Positions 21,517 through 30,816 of a stretch of DNA of 64,000 nucleotides are shown here, piece by piece. Every line of letters starts with the position of its first letter. Position 1 is the stretch's first letter. The stretch lies in assembly GCA_963666285.1 (NCBI GenBank), contig OY762711.1; one strand, 5' to 3'. Under the pieces are notes generated by a model that was given only the letters and a program-made list of their open reading frames with translations, had not been told where the DNA came from and did not search any database. The position numbers were made by a program, and so were the translations under genes. The DNA comes from Sedimentisphaerales bacterium. Lineage in GTDB: Bacteria > Planctomycetota > Phycisphaerae > Sedimentisphaerales > SM23-30.

Positions 21517-22434
21517 CTAGAATGAATAATTATATTTTCCAGTTCTATTTTCCGGCCATCCCTGCACCATGTAGTCTACATCAAGGTTTGTATGGTCGCC
21601 ATCAGGATCAAACTGAACATTTCCAGACCCAAGACCAGATTCCGTATGCGTAATTGTACTTTTATCCCGCCATTTATACATTTCAGAATGACCATCCAGA
21701 AAACCAAAAATACCACCTCTATTATGAAATGGGGCAGGTGGGTCCCACCAGTAAGTATTGCTCCAAGGGTCAAAAGAAAAGCCACCGTGATTAAACGGCA
21801 TAGTTTGAGAACCTGGGAAATTAACTTCAACAAAGACATACTTTTCGCTAGGTGTCTTTATCTGAGAAAAAGTAGTAATAACCTTTTGCAGATAACTATA
21901 CCAGCTATTTCCATCTTTATGCTTCTCATGGCCAGCCAGACAGTCCGGAATACTGTAACTGCGATAAATCATGTTATCCAAGCCTGCATTGGCAACCTTG
22001 GGATTTGTTAACCTTTTATCACCTGGGCAATGGTAAACATCTGTATTTTTGATATATTTAAAAAGCCTTCCAGCCTTTATACCTGTTAAACGGTCATCTA
22101 AAACTGGAGAAGGGCTAACCCCATCTCGAAGACCAATATTATCGTACCAATCATCATCATTTACCCTAGGGGAAAATACCCATTGATTATCATAACTTCT
22201 GGGCGAATCAAGAGTCTGACGAGCAACATACCCCCCAACAATTCGACCGTCATTATCATCAGAGTACATTAAATATGCCTGGGTCAGAGATCGGGAATTT
22301 GCCAGACATACCGACGCCGTTGCCTGCTGTTTTGCCTTATTCAGAGCCGGCATCAGGATAGAAACCAACAAGGCAATAATAGAAATAACTACCAATAACT
22401 CAATCAGAGTAAATCCAGAACTTTTCCTCTTCAT
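21517..22434 (-). CDS. Prepilin-type N-terminal cleavage/methylation protein (H-X9-DG)
   Basis: Start reassigned to [36 protein letters not shown]. Confidence 0.9.
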   Translation of the reverse strand: MKRKSSGFTLIELLVVISIIALLVSILMPALNKAKQQATASVCLANSRSLTQAYLMYSDDNDGRIVGGYVARQTLDSPRSYDNQWVFSPRVNDDDWYDNIGLRDGVSPSPVLDDRLTGIKAGRLFKYIKNTDVYHCPGDKRLTNPKVANAGLDNMIYRSYSIPDCLAGHEKHKDGNSWYSYLQKVITTFSQIKTPSEKYVFVEVNFPGSQTMPFNHGGFSFDPWSNTYWWDPPAPFHNRGGIFGFLDGHSEMYKWRDKSTITHTESGLGSGNVQFDPDGDHTNLDVDYMVQGWPENRTGKYNYSF

Positions 22435-22953
22435 AACACAAACCTTTCTGCGCACAATTCAAACAATAATTTTGATTTAATAATTAAATTTTCAACAATA
22501 AAGCCGAACGGCCAAAAATAACAAAAAAACAATCCTATTAATCATTAATTATTATACTAGATAAACATCAGAATGACAAGAGTTAATAAGCCAAACAACC
22601 TTCAATGTATTTCAAATATGAATTTCCAACCACTCAAAATGAGCTATATTTGACTATATAATTTCAAATACTACCATATACGAAAATTTCAATACAGGCA
22701 CCACTTTTGACTGCTTAGTGAAACACTTATACAATCAATCACATAAATCTATACCCAACAGCAATTTACAACAATGTTGCAATTATTTTCATATACCTAA
22801 CGTTATGACTTTACTTATCAGCTAAATATCTCTTAACTAACTTGTTGAAAGAAATAGCTCAAAAGCAAACATTTTCATATTTATAATAATATCATATATT
22901 TTTGGGGTATTTCATTATGGCAATTATTAACAGATTGAACGCATATTCTTCAG

Positions 22954-23751
22954 CTAATCAGTACTATTGGCAGGAATATTAGCCAACACATGAAACCCGG
23001 AATCAACATGAATAATCTCACCAGTAACACCTGAAGATAAATCTGACAAGAGGTACAATGCTGTTTTACCGACTTCATTTCCTTCAATATTTCGCTTGAG
23101 AGGTGCAGATTTTGCCTGGTAATCAAGAATTCTGGAAAAGCTTTCGACACCCATAGCAGACAATGTTTTAAGCGGTCCGCCGGAGATACAGTTAACTCGT
23201 ATATTCTTTTTCCCTAATTCGTATGCCAGATATCGCGTGGACATTTCGAGAGCACTTTTAGCAACCCCCATCACATTATAACCTGGAACAACCTTTTCCC
23301 CACCCAGATAGCTTAGTGAGATTATACTGCCGCCTTCGTTCATAATCTCTTTGGACCGGTTTGCTATATCAACCAGACTGAAAGCACTTATCTCCAATGC
23401 CTGTGTCCAAACGTCACGAGGAGTCTCATGAAACCTACCGTATTTCAGAAATTCCTTATTCGCATACGCTACTGAATGAACAACAAAATCTATTTTACCA
23501 TAATTTTGATTTACATAATCAAAGAAACTATCCAGATAGCCATCGTTGGTAACTTCACAGGGATAAATATCAGGGGAATCATAACCCATAGATTCAAGGG
23601 CCAAAGTTACACGTCTTTCATTTTTTTCACCCGGCAAATATCCAAAAATAATTTTCGCCCCGGCTTCATATAACGCTTTAGCTATAAACCAGGCATAACT
23701 GTAATCATTTGCCAGCCCAAAAACTATTCCAACTTTATTTTCCATAAGCAT
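22954..23751 (-). CDS. fabI: Enoyl-ACP reductase
   Basis: GLANDYSYAW.IA, VHSVAYA, YNVMGVAKSALE, RVNCISGGPLKTL, VTGEIIHVDSG. Confidence 0.92.
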   Translation of the reverse strand: MLMENKVGIVFGLANDYSYAWFIAKALYEAGAKIIFGYLPGEKNERRVTLALESMGYDSPDIYPCEVTNDGYLDSFFDYVNQNYGKIDFVVHSVAYANKEFLKYGRFHETPRDVWTQALEISAFSLVDIANRSKEIMNEGGSIISLSYLGGEKVVPGYNVMGVAKSALEMSTRYLAYELGKKNIRVNCISGGPLKTLSAMGVESFSRILDYQAKSAPLKRNIEGNEVGKTALYLLSDLSSGVTGEIIHVDSGFHVLANIPANSTD

Positions 23752-23822
23752 TTATGTATATTCCTCATTACTTGTTTTTATTGATTATACTCATATTGCA
23801 AAAGAAAAGGCAAATAAATGCT

Positions 23823-25172
23823 TTACAGTTTACTCTTAAGTTCATGCAAAATATCCATTTCCGTTAAAATACGGGTAGGCTTTCCTTCCTTATCCGTAAC
23901 AAGCACTTTATATTCATGATTTCTTTTCATATTCTGGATAATATCTGAAACAGAAGTATCATATCTGACATTAACCACCGGAAGCAATGGAACTTCACTT
24001 AGTTTTGTATCCATAGCCACACTATCCGCCAATAGATTTATAACACTTTCGGCGGTAAAAATCCCCAATGGCTGATCCTCGCTTGACAATACAACGATGG
24101 CATGAATATGCTCTTCATCTAATAATTTGATAGCAGACAATAAAGTGGCATTGCTATGAAGAGCAAAAATACCCTGTTCTTTAATATCAAAAGCTTCCGC
24201 AGGTTCAGCCGGGCCAAAGATTTTATCGGTAAATTTTACGTACCATGCTGCAGACTGAACCTGGATGATATATGCCAGGGCAATAATTAAAGCAATTTCT
24301 GATCCCTCTTTGCCAAACACTGTCATCGCAATTGCCAGAGCAATGGAAAGATTACGCATTACCGTTCCATACACCAGTGCAATACCGTCACCCCTGTTAA
24401 ACATTAGCTTACCAACGATTGTACTCAATAAATAATTTATTCCATAAAGCAACAACAGCGGTACCAGCAACTTAAGCAGCATTGCAGGTTCTGACACTAT
24501 CGTTTTGGCCTTTAAAGCCATCGCTACAAAGACTATTCCGAGAACACCAATAGTAGACAGCATAGGAAATTTCTTCTTAATATCTTTCTGATATTTTGCC
24601 TGGCCATATTTCCATATTATGAATCTTTGGGTAGCATACCCGGCTACCATCGGTAAAAATACAATTAAAGCTATCTGCTTGAATACACTGACTAATGGTA
24701 TTTCTACTACTTCTCCCATAAGCCACTTCGCATATAATGGAGTAGCAAGAGAACCTGCAACAAGACCTATGACTGTCATTTTTATTGCGGCATTTATATT
24801 ACCCCTGGCAAAACCTGTCCATGATATCGTCATTCCGCTGGTTGGCAATAAAGATGCAAGAAGCAGCCCGAGGGCTACAAATTTAAATTGTTCCTGGGCA
24901 AAAAAAACTTTTCCTATGCCAAAGGCAACAAAAGGAATGATGCCAAAGTTAATCAACTGAGTTATAATTTGAACCTTACTATCACCCTTTGAAAAGACTT
25001 TTTTTATCTGCAGGTTTACCATCATGGGATAAACCATGAGAAATGTAAGCGGCATGATAGTGACTTTCAAAAACTTTGGATCCTGAAAATAGCCAAAGAT
25101 TATTCCTAACAACATCATTGCCGGGATATTATAAACCAGGTATTTTTGTAAAAATGATATTTTATTCCACAT
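23823..25172 (-). CDS. ACR3/SBF (bile acid:Na symporter-like) transporter with C-terminal CBS pair
   Basis: FLMVYPMM, LPTSGMTISWTGFARGN, GTVMRNLSIALAIAM; multiple TMs; soluble C-terminus with GIFT/ILTE.DI CBS-like motifs. Confidence 0.8.
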   Translation of the reverse strand: MWNKISFLQKYLVYNIPAMMLLGIIFGYFQDPKFLKVTIMPLTFLMVYPMMVNLQIKKVFSKGDSKVQIITQLINFGIIPFVAFGIGKVFFAQEQFKFVALGLLLASLLPTSGMTISWTGFARGNINAAIKMTVIGLVAGSLATPLYAKWLMGEVVEIPLVSVFKQIALIVFLPMVAGYATQRFIIWKYGQAKYQKDIKKKFPMLSTIGVLGIVFVAMALKAKTIVSEPAMLLKLLVPLLLLYGINYLLSTIVGKLMFNRGDGIALVYGTVMRNLSIALAIAMTVFGKEGSEIALIIALAYIIQVQSAAWYVKFTDKIFGPAEPAEAFDIKEQGIFALHSNATLLSAIKLLDEEHIHAIVVLSSEDQPLGIFTAESVINLLADSVAMDTKLSEVPLLPVVNVRYDTSVSDIIQNMKRNHEYKVLVTDKEGKPTRILTEMDILHELKSKL

Positions 25173-25193
25173 AGATACTCCATGTAAATCTAT

Positions 25194-25213
25194 TTATCGC
25201 AATATTGCGATAA
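25194..25213. promoter_or_regulatory. Perfect 20-bp palindrome, putative ArsR operator
   Basis: TTATCGCAATATTGCGATAA, 21 nt upstream of the transporter start; 19/20 copy at 28683. Confidence 0.75.
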
Positions 25214-25273
25214 TAACAATGTAAAAAAATGAGTTCGCTCTAAAAAACAAACCCATTTAATATTGTTAAACAA

Positions 25274-26953
25274 TTATTTAGACAGCTGATACGGCCACAT
25301 AAGTACACCGCCATCCATCACTTTAACATTCTTATATCCGTTGGCCTTCAAAATCAGCGCAGCTTCATAACCACGAAGGGAGATTTTACAGAACGCTATT
25401 ACCTCTTTATCCCTTGGAATCTGGTCCAGGCTATTTCGAAGTTTACCCAGCGGAATAAGCGTAGCATTATCCAGCCTCATCATTTCATATTCAGCAGGAC
25501 TACGAACATCAAGCAGGAACAAATCTTCACCTGCATCCTGCTTAGCCTTGACTTCTACCGGGGAGATAGACTCATACAGTCCATCCAGCTTATTACGGGC
25601 AACATTTGCCGCAGTAATGATATTATCCATGGCCGGAGAAAATGGCGGAGCATATGCCAAATCAAGATTTGCCACATCATCAACAGTCATCTTAGCTGTT
25701 ATTGCAGTTGCGGCAACATCAACACGCTTATCAACATCGCCCGGACCAACCGCCTGCACACCAAGCAGTCTGCGACTACCTTTTTCAAATACCAGTTTTA
25801 GCATAACCGGCATGGCTGTTGGATAAAAATGGGCTTTATCCGGTGCCGGGCTCAATAAAGTCATAACATCATAACCTGATGCCTTGGCCTGCCTTTCAGA
25901 CAAACCGGTAGAAGCCACTCCATAATCGAAAACCTTACATATCGCTGTTCCAAGAACTCCGGGAAACCTGTCACGCCCAACATTACAAATACTATCTGCA
26001 GCAACACGTCCTTGCTTGTTGGCAGTAGAACCAAGAGGAACATAACATTGTTTGCCTGTGATAATATTGACACTTTCAACACAATCGCCGGCAGCGTAAA
26101 TATCGGGATCACTGGTCTGCATCTGGTCATTAACCTTTATCCCTCCAAGGCTGCCAATCTCCAGTCCGGCATCCACAGCCAGCTTAACATTAGGACGTAC
26201 TCCAACAGCAGCAATAGCAATATCACAAGGCAGCTCGCCTTTATCTGTTATCACCTTTTCGACACTGCCTTCACCTGCTAAAGCCTGGACCTTGGTACTT
26301 GTCAGTACTTTCACACCCTTTGCATTGAGATGTTTAACAACCAGCTGAGCTATTTCCCAATCAAGAAACGCCAGAATCTGGTCCATAGCTTCAACTATAG
26401 TAACTCTTGCTCCCATCTCGGCAAAAGCCTCTGCCATTTCAATACCAATAAGCCCTCCACCAATAATTGTAACTTCCTGAGCATTACGATTCTTAAAACT
26501 GGCTTTGATACCCTCAGCATCTTCAACACCATGAAGTGTATATACATGATCCAGATCTATCCCATCTATTGGTAAACGAAACGGATTGGCACCCGTAGCC
26601 AAAACAAGTTTATCATATTCCAGTTCACGTTCGGAACCATCTTCCATGCTCTTTATCGTTACTTTCTTTGCAGTACGATCTATAGCAGTCACTTCACTAT
26701 GATTGCAGACATGAACATTTTTAACATTCTGGAAAAAGACAGAATCACGAACTGTACCCACAGGTGTACTCATTAGTTCTGCCTGTTCCTTAACTACACC
26801 GGATATATAATATGGCAAACCACAACCGGCATAAGAAAGAAATTCTCCTTTTTCGATCAAAGTGACATCTGCATCAGGACACAGGCGGATAATTCGAGAT
26901 CCTACTTTTGGACCAGCTGCCACACCGCCAACAATTACAACTTTTAAGCTCAT
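25274..26953 (-). CDS. CoA-disulfide/persulfide reductase-rhodanese fusion (Cdr-RHD/Npsr-like)
   Basis: GGVAAG, SYAGCGLPYY, GGGLIGIE, DLAYAPPFS, rhodanese DVRSPAEY...FCKISLRG; start reassigned to MSLKVV (SD caggag). Confidence 0.9.
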   Translation of the reverse strand: MSLKVVIVGGVAAGPKVGSRIIRLCPDADVTLIEKGEFLSYAGCGLPYYISGVVKEQAELMSTPVGTVRDSVFFQNVKNVHVCNHSEVTAIDRTAKKVTIKSMEDGSERELEYDKLVLATGANPFRLPIDGIDLDHVYTLHGVEDAEGIKASFKNRNAQEVTIIGGGLIGIEMAEAFAEMGARVTIVEAMDQILAFLDWEIAQLVVKHLNAKGVKVLTSTKVQALAGEGSVEKVITDKGELPCDIAIAAVGVRPNVKLAVDAGLEIGSLGGIKVNDQMQTSDPDIYAAGDCVESVNIITGKQCYVPLGSTANKQGRVAADSICNVGRDRFPGVLGTAICKVFDYGVASTGLSERQAKASGYDVMTLLSPAPDKAHFYPTAMPVMLKLVFEKGSRRLLGVQAVGPGDVDKRVDVAATAITAKMTVDDVANLDLAYAPPFSPAMDNIITAANVARNKLDGLYESISPVEVKAKQDAGEDLFLLDVRSPAEYEMMRLDNATLIPLGKLRNSLDQIPRDKEVIAFCKISLRGYEAALILKANGYKNVKVMDGGVLMWPYQLSK

Positions 26954-27024
26954 ATCAAACTCCTGTTTTAATCCCATATTTATCATTACATATATATTGC
27001 ATACCGATACAATACCAACTCATA

Positions 27025-27318
27025 TTAAATATTATCTAATATTTCTACTATCTTGCGAACCTTTTCATTACATACGCTATAACATGTCTTCACGCCTTCC
27101 TTGCGGTAATTAATGATTCCATGATTTCTGAGTACTGCCAGATGCTGAGATACTGTCGATTGCGGCAAACCAAGATTTTCCACCATCTTATTTACATTAC
27201 ATCCATCACCGCACATCAGCCCGCACGCAATTCGTAACCTAACGGGATGTCCTAATGCCTTGAGCAGCTCGCTATCTTTTTCAAAGTCAATATTTGTTCT
27301 CATTTCCACTTTACTCAT
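27025..27318 (-). CDS. ArsR/SmtB-family repressor, Cys-rich
   Basis: LKALGHPVRLRIAC, LPQSTVSQHLAVLR..G.I..RKEG...CY; start reassigned to MSKVEM (SD ggag). Confidence 0.92.
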   Translation of the reverse strand: MSKVEMRTNIDFEKDSELLKALGHPVRLRIACGLMCGDGCNVNKMVENLGLPQSTVSQHLAVLRNHGIINYRKEGVKTCYSVCNEKVRKIVEILDNI

Positions 27319-27401
27319 AAAAATACTCCAAGATTCTTGTTTAAGGATTCCGTTCCCACTTATCACATAAACATCAACTGGACCAATTTGCCAATTTTTA
27401 T

Positions 27402-27454
27402 TTATCGCGATATCTGAATATATAAATATAATAATTATATATCGCCTTTGTCAA
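27402..27454 (-). promoter_or_regulatory. arsR promoter with overlapping degenerate operator
   Basis: TTGACA (27449-54)-18 nt-TATATT; ttatcgcgatatctgaatat (27402-21) matches the palindrome at 14/20. Confidence 0.6.
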
Positions 27455-27490
27455 GAGATAACTTTGGCAAAATCAAATAATTGAGAATTG

Positions 27491-28036
27491 CTATTCTAAC
27501 TCATTGTTTTTACCGACTTTATATTTCTCAAGTAAAAAGAAAACAAGAAGATATATTACAACAAAAACAGCTACTACAACCCAATGATTTAGCCCAATTA
27601 CTTCAGGAATTGACTTTTTGCCATAGCTGCCCCAGGAAATAACAGTATCCTTTAACATAGGATACAACTCTGCATAAACAGCGGCACCAGTGAGCATTCC
27701 CAGAATTCCCCAACCGGCATGCCAGCGACCCTCGGCAAGAGCACCGCCGGCAGTACCTGGACAATAACCAAGTATAGCCCAGCCAATACCAAAAACTACT
27801 CCGCCAATTAACTGGGCACCAATACTAAGTCCTTTTAACTTCAAATCAATAATACCCATATCGTGACAAAGGTAAATGCCTATAGTACCAACCAGGATTG
27901 CAGAGAACATAAATTTTATTATGGTCATGTCCCTGAATAAAAGAAATCCAACCTGCTTTTCAAAACGCAGAACACCACCTTTTTGAAGCAGAAAACCGAA
28001 AACGATACCTGTTATTAATCCTAATATAAGTTCCAT
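27491..28036 (-). CDS. YeeE/YedE family sulfur (thiosulfate-type) transporter half
   Basis: GIVFGFLL, GGVVFGIGWAILGYCPGT. Confidence 0.88.
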   Translation of the reverse strand: MELILGLITGIVFGFLLQKGGVLRFEKQVGFLLFRDMTIIKFMFSAILVGTIGIYLCHDMGIIDLKLKGLSIGAQLIGGVVFGIGWAILGYCPGTAGGALAEGRWHAGWGILGMLTGAAVYAELYPMLKDTVISWGSYGKKSIPEVIGLNHWVVVAVFVVIYLLVFFLLEKYKVGKNNELE

Positions 28037-28038
28037 AA

Positions 28039-28575
28039 TTATTTACCTCCACGCCTATAAATCAAATTTGCAGCGGCAAAGCCACCTGCCATAAAACCCA
28101 TCATTGCCAGCAAACCACTTGCAGCCAATTGCATCATACCGCTAAGACCATGACCACTGGGACACCCGCCGGCAAGCCTGGCACCCAGAATAGCAATGAA
28201 ACCGCCAATAAATGCTCCAATCGCTCTTACCTGCCATTTGTTACCAAAACGCTCAGCCCAGATACCAGGAACAGTCTCAGATTTAAATTGCCTGCTAATA
28301 ACGGCCGCAATAAACGAACCGATAACAATGCCTACAACAAGCATCATCTGCCAATCAACCTTGATCTTTTCCTTAGCAAAATATTCATTATTATTAACAT
28401 GTTCCGGGGCAACCTGCTGTTCTACCAATCCGGAAACTCTAACCATAGTCGTTGATGTTCCAAGATACTTTGGACTACCCAAAACCTTTGTGGATACCAC
28501 TACAGAAGCAATAGCAAGCAGGCCGGCTAAAGCCCCAGCAAGATATGGACTCCATGATTTACTGATCCAATTCAT
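28039..28575 (-). CDS. YeeE/YedE family sulfur transporter half
   Basis: WSPYLAGAL.G, GARLAGGCPSGHGLSG. Confidence 0.88.
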   Translation of the reverse strand: MNWISKSWSPYLAGALAGLLAIASVVVSTKVLGSPKYLGTSTTMVRVSGLVEQQVAPEHVNNNEYFAKEKIKVDWQMMLVVGIVIGSFIAAVISRQFKSETVPGIWAERFGNKWQVRAIGAFIGGFIAILGARLAGGCPSGHGLSGMMQLAASGLLAMMGFMAGGFAAANLIYRRGGK

Positions 28576-28682
28576 AATTAAGTCTCCTGTAAAATTATAT
28601 TATTTATTTCAATGTCGCATAAAGCTCAAACGAACTTCGAGCAGGTATGAACACAAAAGCAGCAAGCTACCGCTTTATTGAA

Positions 28683-28702
28683 TTATTGCAATATTGCGAT
28701 AA
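28683..28702. promoter_or_regulatory. Putative ArsR operator
   Basis: TTATTGCAATATTGCGATAA, 19/20 identical to 25194-25213, upstream of the YeeE pair. Confidence 0.72.
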
Positions 28703-28789
28703 GAAATTCAAATAAAGTTAAAAATATTTTAAAAGGAAAATATGTAATATATGAATCAGAAATCGAGCAAATTTGCAGAACTGATTATT

Positions 28790-30730
28790 TTACCAGAACT
28801 TAAGCTCTCCAGAATTAAAAGTAAATATTCTCTCTAATTTTCGTCCATCGGTATCATAAACCCAGTAGAGAAAGCCGCCGGGAACATTTTCAAACATAAT
28901 CATATCGTTTTCAGCATTTTTTGTAGCAACATTCTGCCACTTACCATCATGCCAATAAACCAAGACATACTGCTTTCCAGCCTCAACCTTCATCGCCAAA
29001 ATGTCAACGAGGGTGTCGTCGTCGCCGGTTTTTGGTTTGGTCTGAGAAACCTGAAAAGACAAATTTTCTTTATTACCGGAAAGGTGTTCGACCCTACCAT
29101 CTTTATGCAAAATAATAGGATCGGCCGCAGCCAGGATTTGTCCGTCCTTTTCACTATCACCCTTTGGCACATAATAAACAGGCAGATACACAATGCCCTG
29201 TCCCATATCTTTGAAAACCGCTTTGCCATCAACAGTACCTGTACCAGCAGTACCAGCACCCGCAGTACCAGCACCCGCAGTACCAACACCAGCAGTACCA
29301 ACACCAGCAGTACCAACACCAGCAGTACCAACACCAGCAGTACCAACACCAGCAGTACCAGCACCCGCAGTACCAGCACCCGCAGTACCAACACCAGCAG
29401 TGCCAACACCGGCAGTACCAGTACCAGCACCAGCAGTACCAACACCAGCAGTACCAACACCAGCAGTACCAACACCAGCAGTACCAACACCAGCAGTACC
29501 AGCACCCGCAGTACCAGCACCCGCAGTACCAACACCAGCAGTGCCAACACCGGCAGTACCAGTACCAGCACCAGCAGTACCAACACCAGCAGTACCAACA
29601 CCCGCAGTACCAACACCGGCAGTGCCTGCAGCGGCAGTGCCAGCAGCAACTATATCAGCATCAGCAATACAAACCCATTCACCACCATTAAATACCGCCA
29701 GATAGGCTATAGAACTGCCTACAGGGACATCCTTTAGCTCTAATTCAACCGTACCAACAGGGATATACTGATTAGTCACATCAATATAATTCTTGCCGCC
29801 AAGCCATCTAGGAACTCTCTCGCCCTCTTTTTTACGGAACACAGGAGCATTTTTTTGTATCGAAAACAGTTTGCGATAAACCTTAGCCGGTATATTATGA
29901 ACAGGTGTATTCCCATGACCATCCTTATCTAGAACCGCGTTCCAGGCATGGTTGTTGTCTCTATTAGCCCATGCCGGAGTATAGTCGGAAGCAACCGCAA
30001 CACAATTAGCACGCATAGCATAGCTAATCATATTACTGATATCCTCACAACGGCCCATGCCAGATTTTCGCATTTCACTATACCCCTGATCGGTAGGGTG
30101 CAAATAATAGACAGAATCAAACCGAATTATTGAGTTTACCCTTTTATTTATAATCTTTGCAGCCTCTTCCGGGTCTTTGGGATCGATCATTTCATCTTCC
30201 AGATCGATAAACATCCCCATCAGCGGCCCACGCCAACTATCAACAGGTTCGTTACTACACCGATAGGGCAAAATATATTCACAGAACGTATCGAAACTCA
30301 TATCCGCCGCCCAAGGCCTGGAACGCCATGCCTTAAACGCAAGATCGATATTGTTTATCAAATACTCAGCTGTAACAACATCAACATCATATATCCGTTC
30401 AGATGCACGATAATTCAGTTCACCATGCTCTTTTTCTATTTCCTCTAATACAGTCAGGGCCTGATCGAAAGTTCTATAACAAGTAGAATCGAATTCAACA
30501 GCAACATCATCGGTACCAGCCCATTCTGTTTTGACATAGCAATGCCCGGGCATATTATCTATCAGGAACTGAGCAGCAGCCAGTTTCTGCGGATCATCTT
30601 TGTAATGCTCCAATACCTTGAGCAGTTGCGGCGAGAGTTTATCGGCATCAGACTTATTAGACTTATCCAACTGCGAACAACCGACAACAGAAAACAAAAC
30701 AGTAAAAAGGAGGATCGATAAAATTTTCAT
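28790..30730 (-). CDS. Transglutaminase-like lipoprotein with internal GTAG(V/A) repeat tract
   Basis: Lipobox VVGC; AAQFLIDNMPGH, FCEYILPYR..NEP..SWR, catalytic GRCED...HAWN..D. Confidence 0.85.
   Translation of the reverse strand: MKILSILLFTVLFSVVGCSQLDKSNKSDADKLSPQLLKVLEHYKDDPQKLAAAQFLIDNMPGHCYVKTEWAGTDDVAVEFDSTCYRTFDQALTVLEEIEKEHGELNYRASERIYDVDVVTAEYLINNIDLAFKAWRSRPWAADMSFDTFCEYILPYRCSNEPVDSWRGPLMGMFIDLEDEMIDPKDPEEAAKIINKRVNSIIRFDSVYYLHPTDQGYSEMRKSGMGRCEDISNMISYAMRANCVAVASDYTPAWANRDNNHAWNAVLDKDGHGNTPVHNIPAKVYRKLFSIQKNAPVFRKKEGERVPRWLGGKNYIDVTNQYIPVGTVELELKDVPVGSSIAYLAVFNGGEWVCIADADIVAAGTAAAGTAGVGTAGVGTAGVGTAGAGTGTAGVGTAGVGTAGAGTAGAGTAGVGTAGVGTAGVGTAGVGTAGAGTGTAGVGTAGVGTAGAGTAGAGTAGVGTAGVGTAGVGTAGVGTAGVGTAGAGTAGAGTAGTGTVDGKAVFKDMGQGIVYLPVYYVPKGDSEKDGQILAAADPIILHKDGRVEHLSGNKENLSFQVSQTKPKTGDDDTLVDILAMKVEAGKQYVLVYWHDGKWQNVATKNAENDMIMFENVPGGFLYWVYDTDGRKLERIFTFNSGELKFW
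29234..29641. repeat. In-frame 15-bp tandem repeat (26 pentapeptides plus 3 GT spacers) with a 141-bp higher-order duplication
   Basis: agtaccaacaccagc / agtaccagcacccgc units; the marker tgccaacaccggcagtaccagtacc recurs at 29401 and 29542. Confidence 0.95.
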
Positions 30731-30816
30731 AACCAGCTTCTTTCTATTTACTCAAACTGACTGATAACAGTTTGAGAGGTATTAGTTTTAGGTATTGGAT
30801 ATTAGGCGAGGTCACC

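Noticed and set aside
28610..28682. Possible riboswitch before the YeeE pair (ataaagc/gctttat stem)
   Set aside because: Weak fold with no recognisable SAM or Moco riboswitch core; the operator already explains regulation
29234..29641. Possible CRISPR array
   Set aside because: Contiguous tandem units with no unique spacers, in-frame within a CDS, and no cas genes
28949..29737. Overlapping ORFs (STNTS, VPTPA, VLVLL repeats)
   Set aside because: Shadow frames of the stop-free 15-bp repeat inside the transglutaminase-like gene
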